DNA of 64,000 nt from Dudresnaya verticillata (lineage: Eukaryota): contig OZ374561.1 of assembly GCA_977862235.1 (NCBI GenBank), forward strand, positions 1,240,001-1,304,000, in the 5' to 3' direction. Positions 58,506 to 64,000 of the stretch are shown piece after piece; within the stretch, counting starts at the first letter, position 1, and the number at the start of each line of letters is the position of its first letter. Below the pieces are notes generated by a model. The model saw only the letters and a list, made by a program, of their open reading frames with translations, had not been told where the DNA came from and made no database searches. Position numbers and translations under genes: made by a program.

Positions 58506-61212
58506 ACCCGATCATCTGCTGGTACGTCTCAACCGACACGACGGCCTTGTCCTCTTCGGCGGCAAGTCCAGTGAAGAAAGACTCAACCATCGGCGTACAA
58601 GCCGGCTTAGAGTTCTGAAGTCCAAATCGACGAAGAACACTTTCCGTGTAGACCTGTTGAGTCATCTTGAGGGACACAAATCTGCCATCAGAGTCTAGCT
58701 TCCATCCAAGCTCGACTCCGAGGAAGAGGTCAACCCCTTCAGACAGCCTTAGATCGTAGAGGCCCTGCAGTTCCTTAACAATGGCGTCTCTCTCCGCCTT
58801 TGTGGGTGCGAGGATGAGGAAGTCATCAACGTACACCAAGATGTATGCGTATCCGGAAGACTTGGATTTGCGACGAAACACGCAAGGTGCACTTGGCAAT
58901 TCCTCAAACATCATCCTAGCAAGGTCACCACACAGCTTGGTGTGCCAAGCTAGGTGAGCCTGTTTTAGCCCATACATAGCTTTCAGAAGTTTGTAACAGA
59001 GAGATTCCCTTCCAGGAATCCCACGCGGTGACATTACCCACACGTGTTCTGCCAGATCACCATTCAGGAAAGCCGTCTTCACGTCTAGCTGTGCAACAAA
59101 CAGGTTCAAACACAGTACCAAGTATAGGAACATGCGCACCAGCGAGAACGACACAACTGGGGCGTATGTTTCCATGTAGTCTTCACCATACGTCTGGAAG
59201 TTTCCACCAGCGACGACCCGCGCTTTGAAGCGCTCGACGGTCCCGTCGGACTTGCGTTTAACTTTCAGCACGGCGTGCGTTGGAAGCGGCTGTGCATCGG
59301 GACTGTCATCACGGACCCAAGTGCCTTTGGATTCCAAGGATGCGAACTCATCATCAATGGCAGATTGCCACAACCCGCGCTCCTCCGGAGTGGCAGACAT
59401 GGCCTCTCGAAGAGTGGGCTCATCTCCAGTTGTGAGGGCAACCTGTTGTTCAGCTTGTGCAGAGCTTGCCATAAACCATTTCGACGTCTGGCGACGTTGG
59501 CGACGAGGATATCGACTCTGTTGCTGGCGTTCTGGGTCTGAACTCACACCAGCCGGAGGATAGTCAGAGACGTTTTCTTCCTCAGCCGTGTCATCAGATT
59601 CGAATGAGCTGGGTTCTGATGGAGGTAGTGGAGGTGAAGAAGGTGTGTCAACTTCAATCGCATCCTCTTCATCCTCAAAGTTACCCAGCGACACATCGTC
59701 ATCAGAGTCCGAGTTGAAAATAGAGGCCTCTGAGTTAGACTCGTAATCTTCATCCGAATCTGCCTCATCCTGCCCATATTCCAACAGGCTTGGAGCACCC
59801 GGGAATTTGGACTCGTCGAATGTGACATGCCGCGACTCAACCACACGAGGTATACCGTCACCGCCAGTGACCAATATCCTGTAGATCCCATGCTCTAGAG
59901 TCTCCAAGTGCACCCCCTCAAGTGCACGAGACTCGAACTTGGATCCGCGTGGGAGCCTTAGGACATATGCAGCACATCCAAACACTCTTAAATGTTTTAA
60001 ATCAGGAACATCACCTGTCATGACCGAGTATGGCGTAGCCCCAACGGTTGAGTGTGGTACCCGATTGCGCACGTAGTTGACATGCTTCAGTGCAAACGGC
60101 CACAAACATCCCGGTAGATCAGCCTGGATCAGCAAAGTCAGGGCAGCTTCCACCATGGTTCGGTTCACCCTTTCCGCGATTCCATTGAGCTCCGGAGTAT
60201 AAGGTGGGGAGAAGGATTTGCCACTGTCTCCAACTCCTCCCAAATCTTTCTGCAAAGCCAAATACTCCTGAGCCCCGTCTGAGTGGAGTTTTGTTATTTC
60301 CGCTCCTCCAAGCTCGATAAACTTTGCTGAAGCTTGATCAAATGCTGCACTCAACATACAGCGACTTCTCATACATGCGACGACCAAGAAACGGGATTTG
60401 TCATCCAGAAACGTCGTGGCATACCGGAAACGATCGGGAAAGGAGATCTGGATTGGACCCACAATGTCGGAATGCACGAGATCACCGACAGCTTTGGCCA
60501 GGCGGAAGTGCCCTGGGAATGATTGTTTGTGTGCTTTCCCAAGTCTACAAGCCCGACACACTTCATGAGTGGAGCCCAACTCCGGAACACCCTCAACATG
60601 CTCGTGCACTTTGGCCAAGTCCCGAAAATTAATGTGGGCAAGACGTCGATGCCAGAGCTCAGTAGTTTGCTGCGTGCTGGGGACAGCCAGTACTTGCTCC
60701 TCCGAAGTGTGCGGCTCGGGTTCTGGTAGCATGTACATTCCAGAACTCGCATCGCGAACACCGGATCCAATATAGTACCCATCAGAGTCGAGTACCAAGC
60801 GCACGTCCAAGCGGCGAAAGTGGGATTCAATTCCTTTATCTGCCAAACGCCCAGTAGAGACAAGATTGTATCCCATCTGCGGGATGAAGAGGGCCTTCTT
60901 GAGCCGAATATTGGCATGCTCAAACGGCAGAATCACATCTCCACATAGGTCTGAGGTGACAGACGACTTGTCCGCAAGCACTACAGTACGCTTTTCGCAG
61001 CGTGATACTGAGCTCGGTACAAAAGAAGTCATTGAGTGGAAGCAATGCACAGTTGCTCCACTGTCGGCATACGTTCCTTGGTCGTTCGGAGGAACAACAG
61101 TAGTCATCTCAACCGATGCACCGGCGATTTCTACCTTTGCAGATTTACCATTATTCTTACCAGATGCAGCTACCGCCGAGTTGGCGTTGCCCTTTTTGCC
61201 CTGGTTGGTGAA
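58506..61212 (-). mobile_element. Copia J: internal fragment (gag end, PR, IN, RT) cut by I and K
   Basis: Open frame from FTNQGKKG to YQQMIG. The ends of the 949-aa ORF are LTR-derived. Confidence 0.93.
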
Positions 61213-61647
61213 TGTTGAGGACATGGTCGCTGGCGCCTCACGTCACGGGTCAGGTACCCCAGATGGCACCCTGGCACGCTGTCACCAAACCTTCCGGAGA
61301 CGACAGCCCTTTTTCCGGGCTTCCAAAATCACGGCGCATTTAGGCCTTTTGCAAAAGCAACGTGAAACGGGCTTCTGATTGGTTGTTACAAACCGCCTCC
61401 ATGGTCTATATGGGTTACAAGTGTTGTGCTGGAATTGGCGGTTATAACAGGAACGGCCAAGTGGAACGATCTGATTGGACCACATGGATGCACGTGGTAT
61501 GGCATGGAATGGTACTGGTATGACGCGCACTGTACTCCACAAGTACACATGAACGTGCCATGCAATGTGCTGATGGCGTCTGAGTTGGTACTGCAGGGAC
61601 TTGCGCTACGTGGAGCCTGACTTGTGATATCAGCAGATGCAGTTGTT

Positions 61648-61795
61648 GTGCGGCCGACACGTTGGTTTACAGTTGGCACGTAGCTGTCGTGCGGCCGACA
61701 CGTTGGTTTACAGTTGCCACGTAGGTGTCGTGCGGCCGACACGTTGGTTTACAGTTGCCACGTAGCTGTCGTGCGGCCGACACGTTGGTTTACAG
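61648..61795 (+). repeat. 41-bp tandem repeat inside the Copia LTR (2-4 copies depending on the LTR)
   Basis: GTGCGGCCGACACGTTGGTTTACAG at 61648, 61689, 61730 and 61771. Confidence 0.95.
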
Positions 61796-63222
61796 CTGCC
61801 ACGTAGGCAAGTCTGGGTGAGTACATGGTCAATGATCCAAGTTGGATATTCATGGACGGACTTGAGCTGGTAAGTGCGGCCACGTGGTGTGCGGCGTTGT
61901 CCGACAGCAGCCATGCGGGGACACTCGATACTTTCACGTTCCCGCCCAAAGTTGGAGTACATATGGATGGCAGGAAATGCGGTCGCAAGAGGGATTGCTG
62001 ATGTCAGCAGTTAGCAACACTGGTGTGCAAGTTCCCGCCCATTTTGGTGGCGGATGTGAGTGTGCTGAGAGTATGATTTGGTAGATTTAATTGCTTTACT
62101 TTTTCCCGCCCATTTGATAATAGGGATTTTGGGCGTATCTTTAATGATTTGTTTTGTTTGTGTTCACGCAGCAACTCATCCGAAAAGCTGATATAAGCCA
62201 TGTCGGATTGTCGACTGCAGTAAACGAAGTCAAGCGACTTCCATTTCTCATCTTGTTCAACTTCAACCTCTCCATATTCCTTTTCAGGTTATGGGCCCAG
62301 AAGGTCGACCTACGCAGACTTCATCGCTTCGCTGCAACCTTCTTCCTTTTTCTTTTCATTCTTGATACTGTCCTGTCCCGTCCTGGCCTGTCCTGTCTGC
62401 TTGTGTCCTGTCCTGTCGGCTTGTGTCCTGTCCTGTCTGCTTGTTGTCTGTTGAAAGTGGTCCCTATCCCACTGTGTCGGCTTGTGTCTCTGATTTTGTG
62501 AGAGAGTTCTCGAGGCTCTCGTCCGCTGTTGTCTTGGTCCGTGAGCTTGCTGAGAGGTTGAGTGTTGTGCGTGGTGACTCTCGTTAAGTCAGGACCTCGT
62601 TGGCCTAGGGGAGCAGCCTCCAGTAAGATCCAGAACCTTGACACGGTTGGGCCTAGTTCCATTCCTGCAAGAGACTGGACCTGTTCGTGTGGTGAACACT
62701 CGTTTTGAGTTAGTACCCATAAGGTGGACGTCTCGTAAGGATTGCATACTTCGTGTCTGTGTGCGCACGACACGAAAGGGCTGCTGAAAGACGCATTTCA
62801 CCCGGAGAATCATATCCGGGGGCCAGGAGTCCGACTCCTAGGGGTGACTAGGTAGAACCTGGTGCCAGAACATCCCGCGTCAAAAGGACGTTCAACTATC
62901 AAGAATCAACTTTTCAACTTCAAGTTTCAACTTTTCTTCTTCAGTCCAGGTGATCCCATCATCACCTGAGAGTTTCATTACTCCAAGTGTGGGAGCTACT
63001 TGGCAAAGTGTGCTCCGCTTGTGACTGTCTTATATTACCGACGTGTTCGACACATTTCTCAGTTTCGTCGTCACGTCTTCGTTGTGTGAGCTGCACTGCT
63101 CTGCTTAACACGACTATTACCCTCTGGGCATCGACACTGTTGCACTAACAGCACTGCCCCAAGTTCACCAAGTTTTCTAAAACTATTCAAGTTATCTCTT
63201 CTCACCATCAGTCCCAACAGCG

Positions 63223-64000
63223 ATGACTGATACCGAAGCCGAGATGGATACTTCGAGCGGGGTCAAGATACCCCGTTTCCACGGCAGGAGAGGTGACGAC
63301 TACAGTCTCTGGCGTCATCGCCTTCGTGCCGCATGCCGCATCAAAGGGGTTTGGAATGTTGTCCACACCTCAAACGACACACCGACCAGCTCACAGTCAA
63401 CTGGAGAGGCCTCAGCGGATACTTCCATTCTTCACGCCAGAACCTTGGCCAAACGTGAGAAGGCTTGCGGGATCATTATCTCCGCACTTGGTGATGCTCC
63501 GCTTCGTGTCGTTATGGAGGTTGATGATGACCCCAAACGCATGCTGGAGCTATTGGACTCGCGCTATGCGTCCAGTCGAACCGTATCCCGTATCGCCGTA
63601 CAGACCAAGCTATTCCGTATGACGTACACCGGTCAGAATATGTCCAGCTATGTCGACCAGTACACGTCACTGTTCGCCCAACTTGACCGCATGGGCAACG
63701 ACTCGGCGATACCGGAGACACATAAGGCACCTATGCTGCTTGCTTCCATTGATCCGTCCTGCCACCTGGAGTCAACAGCTGCAGCTCTTCGCACGAAAGA
63801 TGCTGCTGAGCTGACTTGGGACTACGTCGCAACCACGCTGATCGATGAGTACAACGCCAAAGATTGTCATGGATCAAACGCAGGTGGGAGATCCAGTAAG
63901 TCGAAGAGTCGTCGGAAGAAGAAAAAGAAGTCCGCGTCGTCAGGTTCTCGCCAGCAACACAACCCGCTGGATGACAACGACGACTCCGATGACTCTTCTG
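63223..64000 (+). CDS. gag: Copia gag N-terminal part (MTDTEAEMDTSSGVKIPRF...), open to the window end
   Basis: Near-identical to 39153 onward; no stop noticed. Confidence 0.88.
   Translation, partial: MTDTEAEMDTSSGVKIPRFHGRRGDDYSLWRHRLRAACRIKGVWNVVHTSNDTPTSSQSTGEASADTSILHARTLAKREKACGIIISALGDAPLRVVMEVDDDPKRMLELLDSRYASSRTVSRIAVQTKLFRMTYTGQNMSSYVDQYTSLFAQLDRMGNDSAIPETHKAPMLLASIDPSCHLESTAAALRTKDAAELTWDYVATTLIDEYNAKDCHGSNAGGRSSKSKSRRKKKKKSASSGSRQQHNPLDDNDDSDDSS

Larger units (their letters stand above)
61213..64000 (+). mobile_element. Copia K: 5' LTR 61213-62286 (1,074 bp), PBS 62287-62300, leader, gag from 63223, running off the window
   Basis: TGTTGAGG after GTGAA (61208-61212). Four 41-bp repeats. 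Confidence 0.95.

Noticed and set aside
58375..61224. 949-aa ORF (and the 1108-aa and 419-aa ORFs) as novel fusion proteins
   Set aside because: Their unusual ends are read-through into adjacent inserted LTRs.

Overview
Eukaryotic, almost entirely transposon-derived window with no recognisable housekeeping gene. A red-algal or similar genome is my impression only and is unverified. It has two zones. (1) 1-26,021 is an older, mixed nest: two degenerate chromodomain-type Ty3/Gypsy elements (one inserted in the other), four Gypsy-type solo LTRs each with a perfect 5-bp TSD, and one older Copia relic. It also holds a probable CACTA terminus followed by a decayed RGG/NRGGY-repeat gene, a diverged relative of that locus at the window start, and an unknown >=664-aa Trp-rich ORF disrupted twice. 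(2) 26,022-64,000 is 38 kb made only of one young Ty1/Copia family inserted repeatedly into itself (segments A-K). The family is about 7.3 kb with ~1,033-bp LTRs, a half-tRNA(iMet) PBS GGTTATGGGCCCAG and a single ~1,440-aa gag-pol ORF whose stop lies in the 3' LTR. The nest shows mostly antiparallel insertion, a local hotspot, shared or chimeric LTRs, and three tiny scars made of a target duplication plus a few LTR-terminal bases. The best hypothesis is a self- or chromatin-targeting Copia building a centromere-like domain or silencing trap, flanked by chromovirus-rich heterochromatin. No Copia copy seen here is both complete and intact. All alignments were done by eye.
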